This document shows, piece after piece, positions 8,798 through 17,066 of a stretch of DNA of 54,711 nt; positions within the stretch are counted from its first letter, which is position 1; every line of letters begins with the position of its first letter. Source of the stretch: Anaerolinea sp. (GTDB lineage: Bacteria; Chloroflexota; Anaerolineae; JAAEKA01); the NCBI GenBank assembly GCA_014879765.1, contig JACSRL010000495.1:1-54711 (forward strand), given 5' to 3'. A program made the translations under genes and the position numbers. Below the pieces are notes generated by a model. It worked only from the letters and a program-made list of their open reading frames with translations, made no database searches and was not told where the DNA came from.

Positions 8798-8883
8798 GTA
8801 TGAACCATATGTAGACATGGTGTTGGGGTCGCTGAACGCATAGTCGCAAAGCCAGGGTTGCAGATGGGACCCCAGATCCTCTG

Positions 8884-10125
8884 CTAGGATGCCTTTAGAA
8901 ATTCGCGTATCAACAAGGCGGCGGTCGCGCCTTCGCCCGTGGCGGAAGCAACCTGTTTGGTGCTGCCCGCGCGCACATCACCCGCAGCAAAGACACCAGG
9001 AAGACTGGTCTCCAGGATCCCCGGCTCGCGGTTTTCGAAGCCCCTTGGCCGCTCGCCGTCATGTACCAGGTCGTGGCCGGTGACGACAAAGCCCCAGGGG
9101 TCGAGGCGCAGTTGGCCTGGCTTGAGGAAACCTGTGTTAGGGGTCAACCCGATGAACACGAAGACGCCAGCCGGATTGATGACCTCAGTGCTGCCGGTAT
9201 GGTTGTCCCGGATGGTGACTGCCTTGAGCTTTCCGCCAGCGCCGTCGAAACGCTCTACCTCGGCGCCAAAACGCACGGTGATCTCAGGGCGGCGTAACAC
9301 CTGCTCCTGGATCACCTGGCTCGCCTTAAGTTGGTCGCCGCGCACCAGCAGCGTGACGTGCTGCGCCATGTTGGCCAGGAAGAGGCTCTCCTCGGCTGCG
9401 CTGTTGCCGCCGCCCACCACGGCCACCGGCAGTCCTTTGTAGAACGGTCCATCGCAGGTGGCGCAGAAGTGGATGCCCGCGCCGATGAAGTCGTTCTCGC
9501 CCGGCGCGCCCAGGCGGCGATAGCGGCTGCCTGTGGTCAGCAGCAGGGCGTGGGCGCTGTATTCGCTGCCATCAGCCGTGCCCACACAGTGGTAGTTGTC
9601 GTGGCTGCGCATGCCCAATACATCCTGCGCCTGCAGCATCTCCACGCCAAAGCGGGCAGCCTGCTGACGCAACTGGTCGGCGAAATGGGCGCCCTCGACG
9701 CCCGTCGCAAAGCCAGGCATGTTGTCCAGGCGTTCTGTGGCCGCAGCCTGGCCGCCAAGGGCCGCGCGCTCGATCACCAGGGTGTCGATCCCCTCACGCG
9801 CCGCATAGAGCGCGGCCGTCAGGCCGGCCGGCCCGCCGCCAACCACGATCAAGTCGTAGTGGCTGCGCTCGGCGACCATCTTCAGGCCGAGCTTGGCCGC
9901 CAAGGCAGCGTTTGAGGGCTCTACCAGAATTGAGTCATCATCGAATTCGATGGTGGGAATGATGCGTTTGCCGTCGTTCTTGGCCAGCACATAGGCTTCG
10001 CCGGCCTTATCCTGCTCAATGTCCACCCAGCGATAGGGAATCTGGTGCTCGCCCAGGAATTGTTTGCTGCGCCGGCAGTCGGGACACCAGTAGGCGCCGT
10101 AGACGGTGATATCAGGTTGGGTCAT
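8884..10125 (-). CDS. trxB: glutaredoxin/NrdH-like domain fused to thioredoxin-disulfide reductase (413 aa)
   Basis: ORF 8884..10506 trimmed to ATG 10125. N-terminal domain has ITVYGAYWCPDCRRSKQFL (CPDC). FAD motif DLIVVGGGPAGLTAALYAAR, redox centre HFCATCDGPFY and NADPH motif VAVVGGGNSAAEE. Confidence 0.85.
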   Translation of the reverse strand: MTQPDITVYGAYWCPDCRRSKQFLGEHQIPYRWVDIEQDKAGEAYVLAKNDGKRIIPTIEFDDDSILVEPSNAALAAKLGLKMVAERSHYDLIVVGGGPAGLTAALYAAREGIDTLVIERAALGGQAAATERLDNMPGFATGVEGAHFADQLRQQAARFGVEMLQAQDVLGMRSHDNYHCVGTADGSEYSAHALLLTTGSRYRRLGAPGENDFIGAGIHFCATCDGPFYKGLPVAVVGGGNSAAEESLFLANMAQHVTLLVRGDQLKASQVIQEQVLRRPEITVRFGAEVERFDGAGGKLKAVTIRDNHTGSTEVINPAGVFVFIGLTPNTGFLKPGQLRLDPWGFVVTGHDLVHDGERPRGFENREPGILETSLPGVFAAGDVRAGSTKQVASATGEGATAALLIREFLKAS

Positions 10126-10403
10126 TTGGTTACCTGCACGCCGCGCCAGAAGGCGACGTAGCCTGCGATCTGTTTGGCCGCATCCTTGGGGGCAGGATAA
10201 TACCAGGCCGCGTCGGCGTTGGTCTTGTCGTCCACCACCACGTTGTAGTAGCTGGCCACGCCTTTCCAGGGACACGTGGTGTGCGTACCGCTGTTCTTGA
10301 AGTACTCGCTGCGTAAGGCGTCGGGTGGGAAGTAGTGATTGCCTTCGACCACGATTGTCTGATCGCTCTCGGCCAAGATGGCTCCATTCCAGATAGCTTT
10401 CAT
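10122..10403 (-). CDS. DUF427 domain protein (93 aa)
   Basis: ORF trimmed to ATG 10403, preceded by GAGGAG. Motifs EGNHYFPPDAL and TTCPWKGVASYYNV. The stop overlaps the trxB start as ATGA. Confidence 0.8.
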   Translation of the reverse strand: MKAIWNGAILAESDQTIVVEGNHYFPPDALRSEYFKNSGTHTTCPWKGVASYYNVVVDDKTNADAAWYYPAPKDAAKQIAGYVAFWRGVQVTK

Positions 10404-10521
10404 TTCGAACTCCTCTGTGCAGGTGAAAGGTTTCTTGCAATAACCGAAAAGCGGGGTGCGCTGGTCGTTCAGCAGAGAGTCGTCCTGCGCGCCCGCTTTT
10501 CGACACGTCGGCGCAGGATTC

Positions 10522-11046
10522 TCACGACTGCTGGATGAATTCCGCCTCGATCTGGATGGTGATCTCCTTGCCAACCAACCATCCGCCGGTTTCCAATGCC
10601 ACGTTCCAGATCAAGCCCCAATCTTCACGGTTGATCTTGGTGCTGGCTTCAAAGCCCAAAGCTGTGGCGCCCCAGGGGGACTTAGACGTGCCGGCGTATT
10701 CCACGTCAAGAACCACCGTTTTCGTGACACCACGTATGGTCAGATCGCCATGGAGCTTGGCTGTCGCTTCTCCGGTGCGTTCGACCCGGTTGCTGTTGAA
10801 GATCAGCTCGGGAAATTGGTCTGCGTTCAGGAAATCCGGGGACTTCAGGTGGGTATCGCGCTGAGCTTCTCGTGTATTGATGCTACTGGCGTCGATGCGC
10901 GCTTCGACGACCGAATTCTCCGGGTTGTCGAAATTCAAGTCCAGGTCCACTGTGAATTTCTCGAACTCACCGCGTACCTTCGACAACATCATGTGGCGAG
11001 CCACAAATTGAATAGAACTGTGTGAGGGATCGAGTTGCCAAGCCAT
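10522..11046 (-). CDS. YceI-like polyisoprenoid-binding protein
   Basis: Motifs WQLDPSHSSIQFVARHMMLSKVRGEF, RDTHLKSPDFLNADQFPE and LHGDLTIRGVTK are typical of YceI. Confidence 0.85.
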   Translation of the reverse strand: MAWQLDPSHSSIQFVARHMMLSKVRGEFEKFTVDLDLNFDNPENSVVEARIDASSINTREAQRDTHLKSPDFLNADQFPELIFNSNRVERTGEATAKLHGDLTIRGVTKTVVLDVEYAGTSKSPWGATALGFEASTKINREDWGLIWNVALETGGWLVGKEITIQIEAEFIQQS

Positions 11047-11156
11047 TGTAAATTCTCCTATTGTCTGTCTGAGTTCTTCCGAAAAGATTGCACAGCCACT
11101 TCAAGCTTGCTGGCACCAAGATCGCTGACGCCTGAAGTAGAGCGAATCTTACCTCA

Positions 11157-11456
11157 TCACAGCTGATCTCCCGTCTCAAATCTCAGGGAGGCCAACAGCA
11201 ACTCGAATTCCTCGCGACAGTCGCCGCAGCGGTCCAGGTGGTCCTGCACCAGCGGCAGCGCCTCGGCTGCGCTCTTGCCGGCCAGGTGCAGATCGGCAAA
11301 GCGGTCCAGTTGCTCGAAGCACTCGTCACAGCCGATCTCGTCGGGCCGGGTGCCAGTCACCATGCGCACCATGCTGGCAACTTGGCCTGGCTGCATGGGG
11401 ATCATACGCGGGCTGGGCCCTGTTCTTGTGAATCTGGTCAATAGTTGTCGAAACAT
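11157..11456 (-). CDS. putative zinc-finger anti-sigma factor
   Basis: HLDRCGDC (Hx3Cx2C) plus CDECFEQL. Lies directly downstream of the ECF sigma gene. ATG 11456 is preferred, and TTG 11480 is an alternative start. Confidence 0.65.
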   Translation of the reverse strand: MFRQLLTRFTRTGPSPRMIPMQPGQVASMVRMVTGTRPDEIGCDECFEQLDRFADLHLAGKSAAEALPLVQDHLDRCGDCREEFELLLASLRFETGDQL

Positions 11457-11466
11457 CGTGGCCTGC

Positions 11467-12087
11467 CTAGTTGTCGGCAAACATCGCCAGCACTTCGTCT
11501 GGCGTCAGTCCTTCGCGCAGCATGCGCTTCTGTAAGCGCTGCCGTGCATCGTGCAACAGCTTGTACAGCGCGTTGCGGTTGGTACCCATGCGCTGGGCTG
11601 CCTCCTGCAACGGCATGCCGCCCTGCATCACCGCCATCATGGCCTGGCGCTGCTTGTCGGTCAGCTCCTCGGCGATCATGCGCTGGATCTTCTCCATCAT
11701 CAGGGTGCGCTGGGCGATCTGGGCCGGATCTGGCCCCTGGTCGGTCAAGACCGCCGGGGTGAAGCCAGAGTCCTCGTACTCAGCCATCAGGTCTTGCAGC
11801 GACACGTCGCGCCAGCGGCGGCGGCGCAGCTCGCTCAGCGCCACGCGGGCGGCCACTTTCTGCGCCCAGGTGGTGAAGCGCGCCTCGCCGCGAAAAGACG
11901 GCAAGTTGTCCAACACCTTGACCAACGCCTCCTGGACGAAGTCCTCCAGGTCGGCCTCGGTCACCCGATAGCTGGTCATGCCGTAGCGTAGGCCCCGCAG
12001 CAAGACCATGCGCAGGTCGGCGATGGCAGCATCGGCCTGCGCGCCCTGCAAGGCGGCGATCCACTCCTGGTTGGTCCTCTCTGTCAT
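11467..12087 (-). CDS. ECF-type RNA polymerase sigma-70 family factor (206 aa)
   Basis: ORF trimmed to ATG 12087. Region 2 DLEDFVQEALVKVLDNL. Region 4 HTH LQEAAQRMGTNRNALYKLLHDARQRL. Confidence 0.85.
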   Translation of the reverse strand: MTERTNQEWIAALQGAQADAAIADLRMVLLRGLRYGMTSYRVTEADLEDFVQEALVKVLDNLPSFRGEARFTTWAQKVAARVALSELRRRRWRDVSLQDLMAEYEDSGFTPAVLTDQGPDPAQIAQRTLMMEKIQRMIAEELTDKQRQAMMAVMQGGMPLQEAAQRMGTNRNALYKLLHDARQRLQKRMLREGLTPDEVLAMFADN

Positions 12088-12165
12088 CGGCTGATTCTCT
12101 TTCTTTCTGCGCCCGATGTAAGCTCCTTTTGTATCGATGTCATACCTGACACTCACGATAGATGC

Positions 12166-12194
12166 AGAATACCACAAGCTGCCGTCGATGACAA
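12166..12194 (-). promoter_or_regulatory. possible promoter of the sigma/anti-sigma operon
   Basis: On the minus strand, TTGTCA, 17 nt, TATTCT, about 80 nt upstream of ATG 12087. Confidence 0.3.
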
Positions 12195-12448
12195 AGGCTT
12201 GCCGCTGCGCTCGTTACAGTTCGAACGCCGCCTGTCCAGCTTTAGTGATGCCTAGTTTTGATGCAGGAAGCCTGCCGCATCTTACCCCTCTCGCCGAGCC
12301 GCCCTGGGCATCATTGGGACGGGCTGCCAGGCCCGGCCACACCGCTCAGGCAGTGTCAGCGGGTAAGATGTAACCGCCTTACTTCATCAATAGAAACGAA
12401 CGATTTCAGACCAACCACCAGGCAAAACTGCCTGGTTAGGAGGACCAA

Positions 12449-12952
12449 ATGACTGAGCTAGACAGATTTCGCGCGGACAAAGACCGCTTCTTCGCCGCCG
12501 ATGCCCACAGCCCCCTGACGGAGGACCAGAAGCGCAGCTTTAACAGCCTGCGCTACTTCCCAGAGAACCGTGCGCTGCGCCTGAAGGTGGCGATCGAAGA
12601 GTTCCCTACCAAGGAGGCAATCACGCTGCAGACGACAACGGGCGCCGCCCAAATCTACACGCGCTTCGGCCGGATCAAGTTCCGGGTAGAAAAGCAAGAT
12701 GTGGCCTTGACGATCTTCACCAGCGGTAATGGTTTCTTCCTACCCTTTGCCGATAGCCTGGCGGGCAGCGAAACCTACGGCGCCGGCCGCTATTTGGAGT
12801 TGGAGCCGCTGGGCAAAGGCAAGTTCCTGGTCGACTTCAACTATGCCTACAACCCCTACTGCGCCTACAATGAAGCCTGGTCTTGTCCGGTCACGCCAGC
12901 CGAAAACCGTCTGAAGGCGCCAATCCGCGCCGGAGAGAAGATCTTCCACTAG
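12449..12952 (+). CDS. DUF1684 domain protein (167 aa)
   Basis: Motifs GAGRYLELEP and VDFNYAYNPYCAYNEAWSCPVTPAENRL. RBS TAGGAGG. Confidence 0.85.
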   Translation: MTELDRFRADKDRFFAADAHSPLTEDQKRSFNSLRYFPENRALRLKVAIEEFPTKEAITLQTTTGAAQIYTRFGRIKFRVEKQDVALTIFTSGNGFFLPFADSLAGSETYGAGRYLELEPLGKGKFLVDFNYAYNPYCAYNEAWSCPVTPAENRLKAPIRAGEKIFH

Positions 12953-13626
12953 ACCGCGTGGGGAAAGCGTAGCTCGCCCGCACGGATCGGCGCTGGCAGC
13001 CAGTTCTCGGCCGGCGCCAGGGGACAGTGCCAGCGCGCGTTGTAGGCGCACGAGGGATTGTATGCGTAGTTGAAGTCGACCACCAGCAGACCGTCTTCCT
13101 GTCCCAAATCGGCATGCTTGATCGTGTCAAGCAGGTAGCGGCCGCCGCCATAGGTCTCTGCGCCATTGGTGCGGTCGCGGAAGGGCAGAAAAATGCCGCC
13201 GCCGTAGCCCTGTATCCAGTACAAGTAAAGAGTGACGGCTTGGCTCTGCACGGCGAAGCGAATGCGGCCGAAGCGTTTCAGACGCACAACGCCATCCTCG
13301 GGCAGGTCGACTTCGATGACATTGGGCTCGACATCGCGCTCCACGCGCACAGCAAATCTTAGGCCAGGATCGTACGGATAGTACGGAAGACCAGTGAACA
13401 CGGCCTTCTGCGCCTGGTCCAGCGCTCCTTGCGGATGGCTGGCGAAAAGCAAGTCGCGTGAGCGGCGAAAGCGCCGCCAGCGTGCTTTCAGCTCCCTCGT
13501 GTGCTCATCTTCAGCCTGCGCACTGGCCAACGGACGCCGGACCAGCGCGTACATTGCGGCGACCTTTCTACGGTAGTCGGTCAATTCTTCGTAAGCTGTC
13601 AGTTCGACCATGGCTGCTCCTGGCAT
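12949..13626 (-). CDS. DUF1684 domain protein (225 aa), paralog of the convergent neighbour
   Basis: Motifs GGGRYLLDT and VDFNYAYNPSCAYNARWHCPLAPAENWL. ATG 13626 preceded by AAGGAGGAG. Confidence 0.85.
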   Translation of the reverse strand: MPGAAMVELTAYEELTDYRRKVAAMYALVRRPLASAQAEDEHTRELKARWRRFRRSRDLLFASHPQGALDQAQKAVFTGLPYYPYDPGLRFAVRVERDVEPNVIEVDLPEDGVVRLKRFGRIRFAVQSQAVTLYLYWIQGYGGGIFLPFRDRTNGAETYGGGRYLLDTIKHADLGQEDGLLVVDFNYAYNPSCAYNARWHCPLAPAENWLPAPIRAGELRFPHAV

Positions 13627-13650
13627 GCGGGCTCCTCCTTGGAGGTCGTC

Positions 13651-14910
13651 TCAGGGCTGGTAGATGCGTGTTTCCGGTTTGAAGGCCGCCCACGAGAACC
13701 AGAAATGATTGATGCCGACGACGGGGGTCAGTTGCCGGCCGGTCAACTCGCCAGCCACGGCGCGGCCGAGCAGGTCCCACTGGCTGCCGGTCTCGACATC
13801 GACGATTTGCTCACCGTCGCTACGGAAGGTCAGCCGATGGCCGTCCAGATGTGGCGAAAACGCCGCCGCTGAGCCCACGTCCCGGCCCTGGGCTATCGAG
13901 CTGCTGTCCAGGGCCGAGGCCACGCCGCTCTGCCAGAAGACGGCTACCGGCTCCCCGCCGACCTCGTCGTTGATCACCTGCATCTGCGCCAGCACATCGT
14001 AGGGATAGGCCACCGCCTCGCCGTTCAAGTCCACCGTCAACACCCTCGCCATGGGTTGCAATGTCCCTGGAGTGGCCGGCCCCCGGTACAGGAAAGGCGA
14101 CTGGTTGACGTCGTCGTAGCCCGCGTAGGGATTGCGCCCGTAGTCGCGGCTGAAGCCGGTCTCGCGCGACAGAACCAGTCCGTCAGGATGCGCCGCCTTG
14201 AACTCCTCCCAGGCGATGATGGTGGCCGGATAGAAGACCAGACGCCGGCCGGCCAGCTCACCGGCGATGGCGTCGCCGCCGGCCTGCTGCCACCAACTCT
14301 CGGTCTGGCGGTCGTACATGATCAGGTTGCTGAAGCGCAGCCGCCCGGTCGTGCCGAAGTCCAGCACGCGGCCGTCCAGTGTGCGCTCGAAGGCGATGGC
14401 CGTGTTGCACAGCGGGCAGAAGGTGACAGTCAGCGGCAGGCCGCCTATGTTGTCATTGACGATCTCGTGCCAGGTCATGATCTGCAAGGGATAGGCGCGG
14501 GCCTCTTCGCCGGCTTGCACCAGCACGACCGGCTCCTGCGAAGCCAGCCAGGCGTCAGCTTCGGCCACCGTCACGAACTGTGGGGCGTCGATGGCGGGTA
14601 TGCCGTCCTTGGGCGGCCCACCGGAGAAGACCTCGCGGTAAGAGACGGTGTGGCGGCTGAAGTCGGTGCTGAACTCGCGCTCAGCGCCCGACGGCGGCGT
14701 CTCTGGCGACAACAAGGCAGGCGTGGGAGACGCGCCAGAGGATGCAGTCGGCTCCACAGCAGGGGATACCTCGGGCTGCGTGGTGGCAGGCGCCGCGGCA
14801 GCGCCGTCGCCGCCTGAGCTGGCTGGCGCGGCCGGCGCTACAGCCGTGGAGCAGGCGCTCAGAAGCAGCGCTGTCGAGATCAGGACAAACCAGAAAGTCG
14901 AACGCATCAT
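13651..14910 (-). CDS. DUF3179 domain lipoprotein (419 aa)
   Basis: ORF 13651..15150 trimmed to ATGATG at 14910, preceded by GGAGG. Signal peptide with lipobox (LLLSAC). Motifs DGIPAIDAPQF, YPLQIMTWHEIVND, TFCPLCNTAIAF and YDRQTESWWQQ. Confidence 0.8.
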   Translation of the reverse strand: MMRSTFWFVLISTALLLSACSTAVAPAAPASSGGDGAAAAPATTQPEVSPAVEPTASSGASPTPALLSPETPPSGAEREFSTDFSRHTVSYREVFSGGPPKDGIPAIDAPQFVTVAEADAWLASQEPVVLVQAGEEARAYPLQIMTWHEIVNDNIGGLPLTVTFCPLCNTAIAFERTLDGRVLDFGTTGRLRFSNLIMYDRQTESWWQQAGGDAIAGELAGRRLVFYPATIIAWEEFKAAHPDGLVLSRETGFSRDYGRNPYAGYDDVNQSPFLYRGPATPGTLQPMARVLTVDLNGEAVAYPYDVLAQMQVINDEVGGEPVAVFWQSGVASALDSSSIAQGRDVGSAAAFSPHLDGHRLTFRSDGEQIVDVETGSQWDLLGRAVAGELTGRQLTPVVGINHFWFSWAAFKPETRIYQP

Positions 14911-14933
14911 ACACCTCCAGTAATCACAGTTAC

Positions 14934-15485
14934 CTAACCTTCTTCGGCTGCCAGATTGCGCAGCGCGGCCAGCAGCTTCTCCACCGGCGGACGATCCACC
15001 GGATCCTTGCTGGCGTGGGCCAGGCGGACGACGCCATCTCCATCCACGATGAAGTCGCCGCCCAGTTGATGGGGGTCGCCCTGCACCGGCAGCAGTTTTT
15101 GGCCGCGCAGGACCAGCTTCAGATAGTGCCACATGACGTGGGGGCTCCACACCCGCACGAACGACGTGCCCAGCCCGTAGGCTTGATAGGTCGCACGCTC
15201 CGAGTCCAGCAGCAATGGATAGGGTGAGCCCGTGTCCTGCTGCCAGGCGCGCGCCCAGAATTCCGCGCCGAACGAGATGATCAACACCTGCACGTCCAGC
15301 GCGTCCAGGTCGTTCTTGAAATGGCGCAACTGCGCCACATGCTCACGGCAGGGCAGTCAGCCCAGGTGGCGCAGGAAGACCAGCAGCACCGGCCGGCCGC
15401 GGTAGTCGCGGAGGGCCACCGACTGGCCCTCCAGGGTAGTCAACGTGAGGTCAGGGGCGAGATCGCCCGGCTTGATTTTGGGCAT
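14934..15485 (-). CDS. peroxiredoxin-like (AhpC/TSA, PRX_like2-type) protein with in-frame TGA at the first redox Cys; candidate selenoprotein (183 codons)
   Basis: ORFs 15357..15581 and 14934..15338 are in the same frame, separated only by TGA at 15359-15357. The read-through sequence is VLLVFLRHLG-U-LPCREHVAQL, where homologs have G-C-x-x-C-R. A hairpin GUGGCGC-AGUU-GCGCCAU starts 18 nt downstream of the TGA. Confidence 0.6.
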
Positions 15486-15508
15486 GGGTTCTCTGTCCAG
15501 GCAACTTG

Positions 15509-16972
15509 CTAATGCGCGCAGCCGTGCAGCCAGGCCCGGCCATCGCGTGCCAGCAGCTCGTCGGCCTCGGCCGGGCCCCAACTGCCGGGCTCATAGCTGG
15601 CCAGAGGCGCTTTGCCGGCTCGCCAGGCATTCAGGATCGGGTCCAGCAGCCGCCAGGCCAGCTCGGCCCGGTCGCCGCGCGTGAAGAGCGATGCGTCGCC
15701 TTGCAGCGCATCCAGCAGCAAGCGCTCGTAGGCTTCGGGAATCGAATTGGCCTGGAAGGAATCCCGATAGTGGAAGGCCAGGTTGACGGTGTGCAGATCG
15801 GCCACGGTGTCGGGCACCTTGGCCTGCGTACGCAGGTGAATGCCCTCGTCCGGCTGCAGGCACAGCGTCAGCACGTTCGGCGCGATCTCGGCGCCGGCCG
15901 GCAGGGGGAACATCAGGTGGGGCGGCTGCTTGAACTGGATGGTGATCTCGCTGGCCTTGGCCGCCAGCTGTTTGCCGGAGCGCAGGTAGAAGGGCACGCC
16001 CTGCCAGCGCCAGTTGTCGATGTAGAAGCGGATGGCGGCGTAGGTCTCTGTCTGCGAGGCCGGATCAATGCCCGGCTCGTCCAGGTAGCCGCGGTACTGG
16101 GCTCGCACCGTGTGCGGCGCAACATCATCCTGGTGGATGGGGCGGATGGCCCGCAGCAGCTTGACCTTCTCCTCGCGCTGCGCCTCGGCGTCGAACGAGG
16201 CCGGCGGCTCCATTGCCACCAACGACAACAGTTGCAGGATGTGGTTCTGGAACATGTCGCGTAGTGCGCCGACGCCGTCGTAGTATTTGGCGCGGCTGCC
16301 CACGCCCACACTCTCGGCCACGGTGATCTGTACGTGATCGACGATGTTGCGGTTCCACAGCGGCTCGTAGATGGCGTTGGCGAAGCGGGTGACCAGGATG
16401 TTCTGCACCGTTTCCTTGCCCAGGTAGTGGTCGATGCGGTAGATCTGGCTTTCGTCCAGCACCTGGTGGATGGACTGGTTGAGCGCCCGCGCTGAGGCTT
16501 CGTCGTCGCCGAAGGGCTTCTCGATGATCACGCGCCGCCAGGGGCGGGATGACCCGGCCCCACCATCCTCGGCCACCAGGCCGGCCGCGCCCAGGTTGGT
16601 GACGATGTCGGCGTAGAAGCGAGGTGGCGTCGCCAGGTAGAAGAGGCGATCGGCCGGACCAGCCTCCAGCGCAGTCAGCGCTTCACCCAGCGCCGCGAAC
16701 GCGGCCGGGTCGGTGAAGTCACCGGACAGGTAGCTAAGGCGAGCGGCAAAGGCGTCCCACTCGGCGTCGTTGAAGGAGAAATCGGCGAACTGCTCGACGC
16801 CTGCGCGGCCGGCTCGGCGCAGGTCTTCGTCGCTCCATGACCGCGTGGCAAAGCCGATGATATGAAAGTCGTCGGGCAAACGGCCCTTGCGATACAAACT
16901 GAACAGTCCCGGGAGCAGCTTGCGCTGCGACAGATCGCCCGAGGCGCCAAAGATGATGACAGATGTTGACAT
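15509..16972 (-). CDS. zwf: glucose-6-phosphate 1-dehydrogenase
   Basis: Motifs [16 protein letters not shown] and [10 protein letters not shown]. Full length of 487 aa. Confidence 0.95.
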   Translation of the reverse strand: MSTSVIIFGASGDLSQRKLLPGLFSLYRKGRLPDDFHIIGFATRSWSDEDLRRAGRAGVEQFADFSFNDAEWDAFAARLSYLSGDFTDPAAFAALGEALTALEAGPADRLFYLATPPRFYADIVTNLGAAGLVAEDGGAGSSRPWRRVIIEKPFGDDEASARALNQSIHQVLDESQIYRIDHYLGKETVQNILVTRFANAIYEPLWNRNIVDHVQITVAESVGVGSRAKYYDGVGALRDMFQNHILQLLSLVAMEPPASFDAEAQREEKVKLLRAIRPIHQDDVAPHTVRAQYRGYLDEPGIDPASQTETYAAIRFYIDNWRWQGVPFYLRSGKQLAAKASEITIQFKQPPHLMFPLPAGAEIAPNVLTLCLQPDEGIHLRTQAKVPDTVADLHTVNLAFHYRDSFQANSIPEAYERLLLDALQGDASLFTRGDRAELAWRLLDPILNAWRAGKAPLASYEPGSWGPAEADELLARDGRAWLHGCAH

Positions 16973-17007
16973 GGTTGTCTCTTGTTAGGGGTGATGCGTG
17001 AATGGTG

Positions 17008-17055
17008 ATCGGTAGACGGTGATCGGTGACTGTTCACTGATCACCGTCTACCGAT
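17008..17055. repeat. 22-bp-stem hairpin built from inverted heptad repeats (GGTGATC-type) in the gnd-zwf spacer
   Basis: ATCGGTAGACGGTGATCGGTGA, loop CTGT, then TCACTGATCACCGTCTACCGAT. The flanking sequence 16991-17060 continues the 7-nt periodicity. Confidence 0.85.
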
Positions 17056-17066
17056 TACCGGTTGCT

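Noticed and set aside
8798-8883. Looked for a tRNA gene or tRNA 3' fragment as a prophage attachment site at the boundary with host genes
   Set aside because: No cloverleaf-compatible sequence or GGTTCGAATCC-type T-arm was found here or in any other spacer of the window.
10126-10506. Long N-terminal extensions in the ORF track. Examples are 8884..10506, 13651..15150, 27892..28986, 920..2650, 43724..44416 and 38317..38760.
   Set aside because: The extensions are Arg/Ala/Pro-rich read-through of upstream genes or spacers. Internal ATG or GTG codons with good Shine-Dalgarno sequences coincide with the start of recognisable domains or signal peptides, so the shorter starts were used.
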